Source: an uncultured Actinomycetes bacterium
GTDB taxonomy: Bacteria > Actinomycetota > Thermoleophilia > Gaiellales > JAICJC01
Length of the DNA: 64,000 nucleotides
Assembly (NCBI GenBank): GCA_963727235.1
Contig: CAVSFZ010000023.1
Span: 248-64,247 of the forward strand
Direction of reading: 5' to 3'
Shown here: one piece after another, positions 29,320-38,360 of the stretch
Layout: each line of letters starts with the position of its first letter
Numbering within the stretch: position 1 is the first letter of the stretch
Program-made: the position numbers and the translations under genes
Notes under the pieces: generated by a model
What the model was told of the DNA's origin: nothing
The model's database searches: none
Seen by the model: only the letters and a program-made list of their open reading frames with translations

Positions 29320-30626
29320 GACCAGGGATACGGGCTGTGGGATACCGGGTGGAGGGCGCCGGTGGTGAAGCGCTCGTAGGTGAACGGCTCGAGCACGCGG
29401 GATTCGCCGCCGGTCATGACACGGGCGACCTCGCGGCCCACGCCGATCATCTTGTAACCGTGGTTGGAGTCGGCGATCACGTACACGTTGGGCAGCATGT
29501 AGTCGAACACCGGGAAGCTGTCGACGGTGAAGCAGCCGACCCCGCCCGAGCGGATGTTCTTGTAGGTGGGCCGCTTGCCCTCGAAGCGGGCCATGCAGTG
29601 TGACAGCGAGGCGCACCACATGTCGGCGAAATCCGACTCGACCGATGCGGTGGGATACGGGTCGACTTCGTAGTCATGGCCGACCACCACCGGCGCGGCT
29701 CCACCCTGCACGCCGTGGAGATCCTGCTTGAAGTAGTTGCCCCAGAACTCGTCGGTGACCAGCTTGCCCTCGTCGTCGTACAGAGGCGCGTCCGAATCGA
29801 CATGCAGCACCGGCGGCATCGAGCCGTCCTCCAGAGACAGCAGCTTGGGGTCGACGCCGATCTCACCCTCCTGGAGATACCAGTACGTCCACATCTCCTG
29901 GTCGCGGTGCACCTGCCCGTCGGGCGTATGCACGTCGAGCGTGTTCGGGAGGCCGAGCATCGTCCAGATGCGCTCGATCCAGGGGCCGACCCCGACCACG
30001 ACCTGCTCGACCTCGATGTCGCCCTGGTCGGTGTTGACCTTGGTGACCGCCCCGCTGGAGTCGGTCTCGAATCCGGTGACGCGGACGCCCTCGATCAGGC
30101 GGGCACCGGCCTGCTTGGCCTTGGCAGCGAGACCGTGCAGCGAGGCCATGTTGTTGGCAAAGCCGCCCTTCTGCTCATGCAGGCACACGTGCACCCCTTG
30201 CGCCCGCCAGTCGGGGAACATCGCCTTCATGTGCTCGCGCACCTCGGCTTCGCCGACGATCAACTGCGACGGGTACCCGATCCGGGCCTGCCGCTGGTGC
30301 ACCTCGGTGAGATCGGTGATCTGACGCTCGGCGCCGAGTGCGACGTACCCGACGTCGTGGTAGCTGAAGGCCTGCGGATCCTGCTCCCACACCTCGACGT
30401 TTGCGGCCATCAGCTCGCTCATCGCGGGCTGGTAGTAGTTGTTGCGCACAACCCCACAGGCGATGCCCGAGGCCCCGGCGCCGACACCGGTCTTGTCGAT
30501 CACCAGCACGTCCGGCTCCTCCCCGCGCGCTGTCTGTTCCTTGGCGAGATGCCAGGCCGAGGAGAGGCCGTGGATCCCGGCTCCGATGACGAGGTACTTG
30601 GCGCGCGACGGCAGGCTCATGAACAC
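29316..30626 (-). CDS. FAD-dependent oxidoreductase (DAO / sarcosine-oxidase-beta-like family)
   Basis: YLVIGAGIHGLSSAWHLAK dinucleotide fold, GACGVVRNNY-type block (GIACGVVRNNYYQP), 436 aa. Confidence 0.8.
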   Translation of the reverse strand: MFMSLPSRAKYLVIGAGIHGLSSAWHLAKEQTARGEEPDVLVIDKTGVGAGASGIACGVVRNNYYQPAMSELMAANVEVWEQDPQAFSYHDVGYVALGAERQITDLTEVHQRQARIGYPSQLIVGEAEVREHMKAMFPDWRAQGVHVCLHEQKGGFANNMASLHGLAAKAKQAGARLIEGVRVTGFETDSSGAVTKVNTDQGDIEVEQVVVGVGPWIERIWTMLGLPNTLDVHTPDGQVHRDQEMWTYWYLQEGEIGVDPKLLSLEDGSMPPVLHVDSDAPLYDDEGKLVTDEFWGNYFKQDLHGVQGGAAPVVVGHDYEVDPYPTASVESDFADMWCASLSHCMARFEGKRPTYKNIRSGGVGCFTVDSFPVFDYMLPNVYVIADSNHGYKMIGVGREVARVMTGGESRVLEPFTYERFTTGALHPVSHSPYPWS

Positions 30627-30701
30627 CCTTTCCAGTAGATTGCCACTACGGCAAAGCCATTTCCATTTCTGCTGTCATCGTAGTTCGCCCTGCCCCAGGC
30701 G

Positions 30702-31475
30702 TCAAACGCCACCCGGGTGTCCGAGCGCACGCGACATGTCGGAAGCGTGGGCCAGCAATGCGGGGAGCGCGGCCGCCTGAGCCGCCTGGTCGAAGCGGCC
30801 GGCCGGACCCTGCAGTCCCAGCACCGCCGCCAGCTCGCCGGACGCCCCGAACACCGGGGCGGCGATTGCGTTCAGGTCCGGCTCCCGCTCACCCTCGGCG
30901 CGTGCCCAGCCCTGCGACCGCACCCCGGCGAGCTCACGCTCGAGCACCGCCGGGTCGATCACGGTGCGATCGGTGTAGCGTTCGAGCACCCCGGCCGGCT
31001 GCGCGGGCGACCCGAAGGCCAGCCCCACCTTGCCGGTGGCCGTGGCATGCGCAATGCTCGGTCGGCCCACCCTTGCCACACTGGCGACCGACGCCCGGCT
31101 GGGCACGAAGTCGACCGTGACCGCATCCCGCTCGCCCGGAATGGAGAGCGTCACCGTCTCGCCGGTTTCCTCGCCCAGCTCCACCAAATGGCGTCGCGCG
31201 ATCCCGCGCAGATCGAGCCCGGCCAGCACGTGATTGGAGAGCTCCAGCAGATGGGTGCCGAGCCGGTAGCGACCGGTCTCGGGCAGATGCTCCACGTAGC
31301 CGGCGTCGACCAGCGTCGAAAGCGTGCGCGAGACGGTGGAGGCATTGATTCCGGTGATCCGCACCAGATCGGTGTTGCGGACGTCACCGGGCACCTGCAT
31401 GAAGGCGTCCAGGACGCGCAACGCGCGCTCGACTGCCGCAAGGCGGCGTTCTGCAGGTCGACCGGTGGGCGGCAT
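30702..31475 (-). CDS. IclR family transcriptional regulator
   Basis: VERALRVLDAFMQVPGDVRNTDLVRITGINASTVSRTLSTLVDAGYVEH (wHTH) followed by an IclR effector domain. Start ATG 31475. Confidence 0.85.
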   Translation of the reverse strand: MPPTGRPAERRLAAVERALRVLDAFMQVPGDVRNTDLVRITGINASTVSRTLSTLVDAGYVEHLPETGRYRLGTHLLELSNHVLAGLDLRGIARRHLVELGEETGETVTLSIPGERDAVTVDFVPSRASVASVARVGRPSIAHATATGKVGLAFGSPAQPAGVLERYTDRTVIDPAVLERELAGVRSQGWARAEGEREPDLNAIAAPVFGASGELAAVLGLQGPAGRFDQAAQAAALPALLAHASDMSRALGHPGGV

Positions 31476-31480
31476 CAGCC

Positions 31481-31487
31481 TATTATG
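31481..31487. promoter_or_regulatory. overlapping face-to-face -10 boxes in a 20-bp divergent intergenic region
   Basis: Plus strand: TATTAT (31481-31486), 9 nt before ATG 31496. Minus strand: CATAAT (31487-31482), 6 nt before ATG 31475. Confidence 0.35.
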
Positions 31488-31495
31488 GACGGGAG

Positions 31496-32029
31496 ATGGC
31501 AACCCACAGCGATCCAACCCGGCGCGTCGACTTCCGTGATGTCGTCGGCGCGTTCGCCACCGGGGTGACCGTGGTCACCTCCCGCTACGGGGATTCGCGG
31601 GCCGGCATGACGCTCAACTCGTTCACGTCGGTATCGCTCGATCCGCTGCTGGTGTTGGTGTCTCTGGCCCACGGAACCCGCACGCTGGAAAAGATCCGCC
31701 AGAGCGAGCGCTACGCCGTCAACGTGCTGCACCGCCGCCAACGCGACGTGGCACTGGCGTTCGCGAAGCCAGGAGCGGCGTTTCCCGATGGGCACACCGT
31801 GCTCGACCCCACCGGCTTCGTGGTCGTGCGCCACTCTCTGGCGATCCTCCGATGCGAGGTTTCACACGTCTTCACAGCCGGGGATCACGACCTGGTGGTG
31901 GGTGAAGTGTTCGACTTCGAAGGGTCGGGCGGGGAGCCGCTGATCTTCCACCGGGGAGCGTTCGGAGGGCTGGACGAAGACGCGCTGGTGCCCCGGGGTC
32001 GCGTGATCGGCATCGCGGGCGGCTGGTAG
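31496..32029 (+). CDS. flavin reductase domain protein (HpaC-like)
   Basis: FRDVVGAFATGVTVVTS, GMTLNSFTSVSLDPLLVLVSL, and GDHDLVVGEV. Confidence 0.85.
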   Translation: MATHSDPTRRVDFRDVVGAFATGVTVVTSRYGDSRAGMTLNSFTSVSLDPLLVLVSLAHGTRTLEKIRQSERYAVNVLHRRQRDVALAFAKPGAAFPDGHTVLDPTGFVVVRHSLAILRCEVSHVFTAGDHDLVVGEVFDFEGSGGEPLIFHRGAFGGLDEDALVPRGRVIGIAGGW

Positions 32030-32121
32030 CCCCCGTTCCGGGCGCCTGAAAACAGGCGTCAACGCTCAAGATCACGCTCGAAACAGTCGATGCAATCCCG
32101 TCTGCATAGACGCCTCCTCCC

Positions 32122-34146
32122 GTGCGTTCGATCCCCCGCCCCCACTTCCGTTTCGGCCTGCTCGGTACCTTCGCGCTGATCAGCGCGGTACCGGTGCTGC
32201 TGCTGGGCCTGGTGCTCGCCAATGTGCTGGGCAACCAGATCCGCGACCGCAGCATCAACTCGACCGTCCAAGGCATCGAGTTTGCCACCCAGGTCGGGAT
32301 CGGCCCGGCGGTTGCCAAAGGCCAGCTCAAGGACAGTCCGCTCGGCAGAAAGACCATGAAGAAGGTGGACGCCGCAGTGAAGTTCAAGGGCTCACCGTTT
32401 GCCCGGGTGAACATCTGGTCACCGGACCAGACCCTGGTGTACTCCAGCGACCACAAGCTGATCGGGACGAACATCGAGCCCTCTGACGAGCTGGTTGAGA
32501 CGCTCGAGCGAAGCGAGCCGACCACCGAGATCGTGCACGCCTCCCAGCCGCTCAAGACCGAGGCTGACAACCGTGACATCCTCAAGACCCACGGCGACCT
32601 GCTCGAGGTGTACGTCCCCTTCAAAGCAGAAGCGCGACACCAGCCACGAGGAGCGTTCGAGGTCTATCTCCCCTACACCCCCATCGCACACACGATCCGG
32701 GCGGACACCAACCGCCTGTACCTGATCCTGATCGTGGGCCTGTCGCTGCTGTATGCGATCGTTTTCCGGGTGGTCGCGCGGGCGTCGCGCAAGCTGCGGA
32801 CGCACGGCAAGGAGATGAGCGCGCACCTGGAGCGCACCAAATACGAGTCCGAGCATGACCCGCTCACCCACCTGCCCAACCGCACCCTGTTTCGCAGCCG
32901 CGCGGTGGACGCGATCGTGGCCGCCCGCCGCACCGGCGAGCAGGCCGCCCTGCTGCTGATCGACCTCGATCGGTTCAAGGAGATCAACGACACGCTCGGC
33001 CACCACTCCGGCGACCTGCTGCTCCAGGCGATCGGACCGCGGCTGGAGAAGATCCTGCACCCGTCCGATCTGCTCGCCCGTTTCGGAGGCGACGAGTTCG
33101 GAATCCTGCTGCCCCAGATCCCTGACGCCGAGACGGCGCTGGTGGTGGCCCGCAGCGCGCACAAGATGCTGGAGCAGCCGTTCGCCATCCAGGGCCTGAC
33201 GCTGGACGTGGAAGCCTCGATCGGGATTGCGCTGTTCCCCGACCACGCCCAGGACTTCGAGGAGCTGATGCAGCACGCCGACGTGGCCATGTATCTGGCC
33301 AAGGGCAAACGCACCGGCTACGAGGTGTACCAGGCCAGTGACGACGACGCCGACGCCGGACGGCTGAAGCTCGCCGGTGACCTGCGCGACGCGGTCGACC
33401 GCCACGAGCTGGTGCTGCACTACCAGCCGAAGGTCAACCTGCGTTCAGGGCGCGTGATCGGAGCCGAGGCGTTGATGCGCTGGCATCACCCCGGCCAGGG
33501 GCTGCTGATGCCCGACCGGTTCATCCCCTTGGCGGAACGCAGCGGACTGATCCGATCGCTGACGGTGTTCGCGATCGAGACGGCGGTGCGGGAGTGCCGT
33601 CGCTGGATCGACGCCGGCGCAGCCCTGACCGTCTCGGTCAACCTCTCCACCCGCGACCTGATCGACATCCAGCTGCCCGAGGACGTCGACAAGCTGCTGA
33701 AGCAGTGGCGGGTACCGGCCGGCAGCCTGGAGCTCGAGATCACCGAGAGCGTGCTGATGGCGGATCCCACCCGTGCCCGCGAGGTGGTGTCGCGGCTGGG
33801 CGCGCTGGGCGTGAAGGTCTCGATCGACGACTTCGGGTCGGGCTACTCGTCGCTGGGGTACCTCAACCGGCTGGCCGTGAACGACCTCAAGATCGACAAG
33901 TCGTTCGTGCTCAACATGATCGAGGACGCCGGCGACGCGGTGATCGTGCAGTCGACGATCGATCTCGCCCACAACCTCGGGCTGGAGGTTGTGGCAGAGG
34001 GCGTCGAGACCCAGCAGGCCTATGACCGTCTGCGATCGATGGGCTGTGACACCGCCCAGGGCTACTTCATCAGCCGCCCGATGCCGGGCGCAGAGCTGGT
34101 CGACTGGGTCGGCGCCCACGGCAACAGCCGCCTCCGCGCCGCCTAG
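32122..34146 (+). CDS. membrane sensor with GGDEF and EAL domains
   Basis: Two TM segments flank an extracytoplasmic region of about 190 aa. HDPLTHLPNR...RFGGDEFGILL is the GGDEF domain. EALMRWHHP...DDFGSGYSSLGYL...KIDKSFV is the EAL domain. Confidence 0.9.
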   Translation: MRSIPRPHFRFGLLGTFALISAVPVLLLGLVLANVLGNQIRDRSINSTVQGIEFATQVGIGPAVAKGQLKDSPLGRKTMKKVDAAVKFKGSPFARVNIWSPDQTLVYSSDHKLIGTNIEPSDELVETLERSEPTTEIVHASQPLKTEADNRDILKTHGDLLEVYVPFKAEARHQPRGAFEVYLPYTPIAHTIRADTNRLYLILIVGLSLLYAIVFRVVARASRKLRTHGKEMSAHLERTKYESEHDPLTHLPNRTLFRSRAVDAIVAARRTGEQAALLLIDLDRFKEINDTLGHHSGDLLLQAIGPRLEKILHPSDLLARFGGDEFGILLPQIPDAETALVVARSAHKMLEQPFAIQGLTLDVEASIGIALFPDHAQDFEELMQHADVAMYLAKGKRTGYEVYQASDDDADAGRLKLAGDLRDAVDRHELVLHYQPKVNLRSGRVIGAEALMRWHHPGQGLLMPDRFIPLAERSGLIRSLTVFAIETAVRECRRWIDAGAALTVSVNLSTRDLIDIQLPEDVDKLLKQWRVPAGSLELEITESVLMADPTRAREVVSRLGALGVKVSIDDFGSGYSSLGYLNRLAVNDLKIDKSFVLNMIEDAGDAVIVQSTIDLAHNLGLEVVAEGVETQQAYDRLRSMGCDTAQGYFISRPMPGAELVDWVGAHGNSRLRAA

Positions 34147-34150
34147 CTCG

Positions 34151-34183
34151 ATGAATAATTGGTGCCTGGCACCAATTATTCAT
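34151..34183. repeat. palindromic repeat copy D (33 bp, linker TT, terminal bases A...T)
   Basis: ATGAATAATTGGTGCCTGGCACCAATTATTCAT is perfect. It lies between convergent stops at 34146 and 34194. Confidence 0.95.
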
Positions 34184-34193
34184 GCTGCTCAGG

Positions 34194-34676
34194 TCACGGT
34201 CCCTCTCCCGCGACCCAGAGGAGACAGGGGGCGCGCTTGCGGACGCGCCGGGAGATGCGTGCGAACAGGCGTGGTCGGAACCTCGACCGGTCGGGGCCGA
34301 GCACCAGCAGGCCCGCCTGATACTCACCTGCCAGGTCGAGCACGGCATCGACCGGCTTGGCCGAAGGTACACGCAGGTGCTCCACCTCGAGCCCGAGACC
34401 TGCCATCTGCGCCACCAGCTCCCGGATCCGCGCACGATCCTCGTCCAGCTCCAGCTCGGCGTAGCGCATGGTCAGCGCCTGCGGCCACCACGGCCGCTCC
34501 ACCGCGTCGACCACGATCAACCGGGCGTTGGTCTCCAGCGCCGCTTGGGCCGCCACCCGCACCGCCTCGGGATCGAACGGCACCGCCAGCGTGGCCAGGA
34601 TCACCACGCTGCTTCGTGAGTGGCTCCCCCGTTCCTCGACCGGCGGTTCGACGGTGGTCGAATCGCGAACGTTCAC
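34194..34676 (-). CDS. USP-like (adenine-nucleotide alpha-hydrolase-like) protein, paralog 1
   Basis: 161 aa from GTG 34676. VVILATLAVPFDPEAVRVAAQAALE...LLVLGPDRSRFRPRLFARISRRVRKRAPCLLWVAGEGP. The C-terminal xxAPCxxxV resembles universal stress proteins. Collinear with ORF 36819..37304. Confidence 0.6.
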   Translation of the reverse strand: MNVRDSTTVEPPVEERGSHSRSSVVILATLAVPFDPEAVRVAAQAALETNARLIVVDAVERPWWPQALTMRYAELELDEDRARIRELVAQMAGLGLEVEHLRVPSAKPVDAVLDLAGEYQAGLLVLGPDRSRFRPRLFARISRRVRKRAPCLLWVAGEGP

Positions 34677-34775
34677 GCCGCCTATCTTCGCGGATGGGCG
34701 GCCGCACGGCAAGGAGCTCGCCGACAGAACCACAGGGGGCGGGCCGCTTGGCCCGCCCCCTCACGACTCCTCAGT

Positions 34776-36299
34776 TCAATGCTGTTCGGTTGAGACGCCC
34801 GCCGGAGGCACGTCGTCCGGCATTGTCGGCGCCCACAGACGGAATGCCAGCTTCTGCTTGTCCTGCCACACGACCCTGATGATGTAGAGAACCGCGGCGA
34901 TGCAGAGCACGCCGATGCCCTCGAACACAATCGTCTTACTCGTGTTGCCGTAGGCGAGGCCAGAGTTCCAACCACCCCAAACCAACAGCAGCAGGTCGAA
35001 CGCCGCCAAGGCACCGGCAATCGGAAGCCAGATCGAGTGAACCTTGATCGGGCGCGGCCAGTTGGGACGATCCCTGCGCAGCAGCAGGAAGCCCGACATC
35101 GCGAACACGTGGCAGGTCACGTACCCGAGGTTGGAGAAGATCAGGATCTTGATCGCCCCCGACGGGTCGTATGCGTAGGTGAACAGCAGCACGATATTCA
35201 GCAACGCGTCGAGCGTCATCGCGTTTGCCGGCACATGTTTCCCGTTGAGTTTGCCGAACCACTTGATGGTCATACCGTCCTGGGCGATCCCGTACAGTGC
35301 GCGGGAGCCGTCCGCTGTGGCGGTGTTCATGGCCAGCACGATTCCCGCGCACAGCGAGAACACTGCGATGCTCGTGAGGATGCTGCCGAGCAGTATGTGC
35401 AGCGTTTCCGGCATGAACGTGTAGATGTTGGTGATATCGATGTTCTGGTCACCGAACGTGCCGATCGCGCCCATCGGCAGCAGACCGTAGGTGATCACGC
35501 CGAACACGGCCGCAACCCGCAGCGCCTTGGGCGTGTCCTTGGCGGTGTCGTGGTACTCCGGAGCGAAGGTCGCACAACACTCCATCCCGTACGCCGACCA
35601 GCACATGGTGTACAGCCACACGATGATCAGGGTGAAGCTGGTCACCCCCAGCGAGCCCGCGGTGGCGCTGATGTTGTTATGCAGGTTCGCGCTGTCCCAC
35701 TTGCCGTCGAGATAGGGCAGAAACATCATGACCGCCAGCGGAATCATCAGCAGTGCGCCGGTGACGTAGCCGACCCAAACCGCGGGGCGCATCCCCAGCA
35801 CGTTGAAGAGCCAGATAACCGCGATGATCACCGTGGTCAGCGCGATCGGGAAGCTGAAGTAGATCGTCTGACCCAGGAACTGCCAGCTGTGATTCCAGCT
35901 GGTCGAGGTCGCCGAGGAGGTGTACCACTCGTTCTGAACCAAGAACCCGACGACCACGCCGGTCGCCGAAAGCACCACCGACCAGCCGATCCAGTACCCG
36001 AAGGCTGAAATCGGGCCGACGAACGAGAAGTACTTCTTCCACGCTTCGTGGGCGTAGATCGCAATGCCGCCGGACAGTTTCGGAAACATCGCCGCGGTCT
36101 CGGAATAGATGTAGTTGTGACCGGCACCGAGAACCACTGACACAGTCCACAGAATGACGGCTCCCCAACCGCCCAGGCTGAGCACCGACGCGCCCAGGGC
36201 GGTGATCAGGAAGCTCGGGTTCGCAAGCGCGACCACAAACCCGTCGAACCAGCTGATCGATTTGAGGAGTTCTCGTTCCTCGACTGCAACGGTCGCCAT
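34776..36299 (-). CDS. APC-superfamily amino acid/polyamine permease
   Basis: 507 aa and about 12 hydrophobic segments. MATVAVEERELLKSISWFDGFVVALANPSFLI...GAGHNYIYSETAAMFPKLSGGIAIYAHEAW. Confidence 0.85.
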   Translation of the reverse strand: MATVAVEERELLKSISWFDGFVVALANPSFLITALGASVLSLGGWGAVILWTVSVVLGAGHNYIYSETAAMFPKLSGGIAIYAHEAWKKYFSFVGPISAFGYWIGWSVVLSATGVVVGFLVQNEWYTSSATSTSWNHSWQFLGQTIYFSFPIALTTVIIAVIWLFNVLGMRPAVWVGYVTGALLMIPLAVMMFLPYLDGKWDSANLHNNISATAGSLGVTSFTLIIVWLYTMCWSAYGMECCATFAPEYHDTAKDTPKALRVAAVFGVITYGLLPMGAIGTFGDQNIDITNIYTFMPETLHILLGSILTSIAVFSLCAGIVLAMNTATADGSRALYGIAQDGMTIKWFGKLNGKHVPANAMTLDALLNIVLLFTYAYDPSGAIKILIFSNLGYVTCHVFAMSGFLLLRRDRPNWPRPIKVHSIWLPIAGALAAFDLLLLVWGGWNSGLAYGNTSKTIVFEGIGVLCIAAVLYIIRVVWQDKQKLAFRLWAPTMPDDVPPAGVSTEQH

Positions 36300-36330
36300 G
36301 GAACCTCCTGGAAACTAGGACAAGGAAAAA

Positions 36331-36352
36331 TGCTTGATCTGAGAATCAAACA
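36331..36352. promoter_or_regulatory. inverted repeat TGCTTGAT-N6-ATCAAACA in an AT-rich divergent intergenic region (candidate operator)
   Basis: 8-bp arms with one mismatch, between permease start 36299 and the Zn-ribbon gene. Confidence 0.25.
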
Positions 36353-36438
36353 GGATCGTGAGGGAGCGGTCAAGACTTCGCGCCAACCGATTTGCACGCG
36401 CACTTGCGGCGCCGCCCTGCCTTGAGGAAGATACGCAG

Positions 36439-36822
36439 GTGAAACTCCCTCTCCCACACGCGTTCGCGCCGCCGCGGCTGACGCTTCGCTGCGAGTGCGG
36501 CACCGAAGGACTGGTGGGCTATGGCGACCAGTGGACGTGCCCAAACTGCGGCCGAAACTATGACACGTCACACATCCCCAGCGAGGATTACGACCGCATC
36601 CTCGCCCTCAACCGCCGGTACACGATCGGTGCGGTGGCAGTGGTTGCCGTGCTCGCCGTGATCGTGTTGGTAATCGCGATCACAGGGCAGATCGTCACGA
36701 TCTTCGCCGGATTGGCCCTGACCCTGCTCGGCTGGTTTCTCTTCATCAAACCCGTCATCCATCGACGGCACAAGAATGCCGTCGGCGATCTCGTGCGCAA
36801 CTGGGATCTGGAGGCCGAGTGA
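36439..36822 (+). CDS. zinc-ribbon protein with two C-terminal transmembrane segments
   Basis: LRCECGTEGLVGYGDQWTCPNCGRNYD (CxC...CxxC), then IGAVAVVAVLAVIVLVIAITG and IFAGLALTLLGWFLFI. GAGGAAG lies 8 nt before GTG 36439. Its stop overlaps the next start (GTGA). Confidence 0.55.
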   Translation: MKLPLPHAFAPPRLTLRCECGTEGLVGYGDQWTCPNCGRNYDTSHIPSEDYDRILALNRRYTIGAVAVVAVLAVIVLVIAITGQIVTIFAGLALTLLGWFLFIKPVIHRRHKNAVGDLVRNWDLEAE

Positions 36823-37304
36823 CCCGGACGGTCGACTCCGGCCCACGGGTACCCGAAGCCCCGCGACTCGACGGCGACTCTCGCGGCCAGCCGGTGGTGC
36901 TCGCCACCCTGGCAGTGCCGTTCGAGCCCGAGTCAGCCCGAGTCGCAATCCAGGCGGCGCTGGAAAGCCATGCCAAGCTGGTGGTCGTGGACGCGGTCGA
37001 GATGCCGCTGTGGCACCAGTGCCTGACCACCCGCCGAGCAGAGCTCGAGCTGGACGAGGACCGGCAGGAGATCCGGCGGCTGGTCGGAGATGCGCACGGC
37101 CTGGGATTGCAGGTCGAGCACCTGCGAGTGCGCAGCCCGCGGCCGGTGGACGCCCTGCTCGAGGTGGTGGAGGAGTGCAATGCCGGCCTGCTGGTGCTCG
37201 GCCCCGACCCCGCCAGGCTCACCAAACGGCTGTTCGCACGCGCGGTGCGCAAGATCCGCAAGCGGGCGCCGTGCCTGACGTGGATCGCCGGCGAAGGCCC
37301 CTGA
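36819..37304 (+). CDS. USP-like (adenine-nucleotide alpha-hydrolase-like) protein, paralog 2
   Basis: 161 aa. VVLATLAVPFEPESARVAIQAALE...LLVLGPDPARLTKRLFARAVRKIRKRAPCLTWIAGEGP. Same length as 34194..34676 and collinear with it. Confidence 0.6.
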   Translation: MTRTVDSGPRVPEAPRLDGDSRGQPVVLATLAVPFEPESARVAIQAALESHAKLVVVDAVEMPLWHQCLTTRRAELELDEDRQEIRRLVGDAHGLGLQVEHLRVRSPRPVDALLEVVEECNAGLLVLGPDPARLTKRLFARAVRKIRKRAPCLTWIAGEGP

Positions 37305-37313
37305 GAGCCGGCG

Positions 37314-37346
37314 GTGAATAAAAGGTGCCTGGCACCTTTTATTCAG
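37314..37346. repeat. palindromic repeat copy E (33 bp, linker AA; last base G instead of C)
   Basis: GTGAATAAAAGGTGCCTGGCACCTTTTATTCAG. It contains the stop codon (37343-37345, minus strand) of the CheW-CheC gene. Confidence 0.95.
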
Positions 37347-38350
37347 GCCGCGCGCCGGCCCAGGCCGAGGTTCTGGAGCAGTGCCTCGACCGAAGCGATG
37401 CGGGGCATGAACAGGAACGAGAACTGCGCGTCTGTGGAATCGACGCTCATCACCGAGCGCATCATCACCACCGGATCTCCTGGGTCGACGCCGGCCAGGC
37501 AGCGCTCGACCAGCGAGCCCAGCACATCCACGTCCACCACGGGCGGCTCGGGATCGAGCGTCATGCCGGTCATCTCCACGATCGCATTCAGGTATGAGCT
37601 GGCCAGGATGTTTCCCACCTCGCCCAGCGCAGACCGGCCCACCTCGTCGTCGATGTTCGTCCCCAGCAGCCGGCAGACGCTTCCGCCCGATCCTTCCGGG
37701 AACATCAGCAGCACGCGGCCGCCGTCTCGCCGCACCGCCGTCTCGATCACGGCCGACGCGGCGGCGGACGAACCGATCTTGTCGGCCGCCTCGGCCACCG
37801 TCACCAGTGCCGCATCGGGGTAGCTGATCTCGACAGGGCGGCCAAGCAAGGCCGACAACGAGGTGGCGGCATTCCCCGAACCGATGTTGGCGACCTCGAA
37901 CAACGCACTTCGCTGCATCTCGCTGAACCCGAAGGCGTCGCCGGTCAGCGGCGCCCAGGCACCCGCGACCACTCCCGGCTCGACCACCGGCACCACCTCA
38001 CCGCCGTCGATGACCACGATCCCGGCCACATACGGGCCCCGGGCGACCGCCGGCACCTCGACCCGCTCCAGCCACATCTGGCCGATCAGCTCGTCCACGG
38101 CGAACGCGCGGCGGCGACCTCCGGCCCAGACGATCACGGCCGATCGGCGATCGGCGTGGGCGCCGACACCCAGCACATCGGCGATGTCGACCACCTCCAG
38201 CGCCGAGTCGCGGAACATGACCATGGGCACGCCTGCGACCCGATGCACGCTGCGCCCCGTCAGCTCGAGTGTCTGATCGACGTTGTCGATCGGAACGGCC
38301 CACAGCATGCCCCCCGCCTTGACGACGAGAACGTGGACGGGTTCGGACAT
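37343..38350 (-). CDS. CheW-like domain fused to a CheC-type (CheC/CheX/FliY family) phosphatase domain
   Basis: The N-terminal ~130 aa are CheW-like (HVLVVKAGGMLWAVPIDNVDQTLEL...VAGVPMVMFRDSALEVVDIADVLG...AVIVWAGGRRRAFAVDELIG). The C-terminal half has two CheC motifs: ALFEVANIGSGNAATSLSALLG and ALGEVGNILASSYLNAIVEMTG. Confidence 0.8.
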   Translation of the reverse strand: MSEPVHVLVVKAGGMLWAVPIDNVDQTLELTGRSVHRVAGVPMVMFRDSALEVVDIADVLGVGAHADRRSAVIVWAGGRRRAFAVDELIGQMWLERVEVPAVARGPYVAGIVVIDGGEVVPVVEPGVVAGAWAPLTGDAFGFSEMQRSALFEVANIGSGNAATSLSALLGRPVEISYPDAALVTVAEAADKIGSSAAASAVIETAVRRDGGRVLLMFPEGSGGSVCRLLGTNIDDEVGRSALGEVGNILASSYLNAIVEMTGMTLDPEPPVVDVDVLGSLVERCLAGVDPGDPVVMMRSVMSVDSTDAQFSFLFMPRIASVEALLQNLGLGRRAA

Positions 38351-38360
38351 GCAAAGACTC

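Noticed and set aside
29269-29379. Recurrent peptides such as NNWCLAPIIH, MPGTVIH and [11 protein letters not shown] in several track ORFs (also near 34150, 37314, 49156-49260 and 60988-61260)
   Set aside because: They are translations of the palindromic repeat in different frames, not a conserved small protein. The ORFs containing them are otherwise unrelated and low-complexity.
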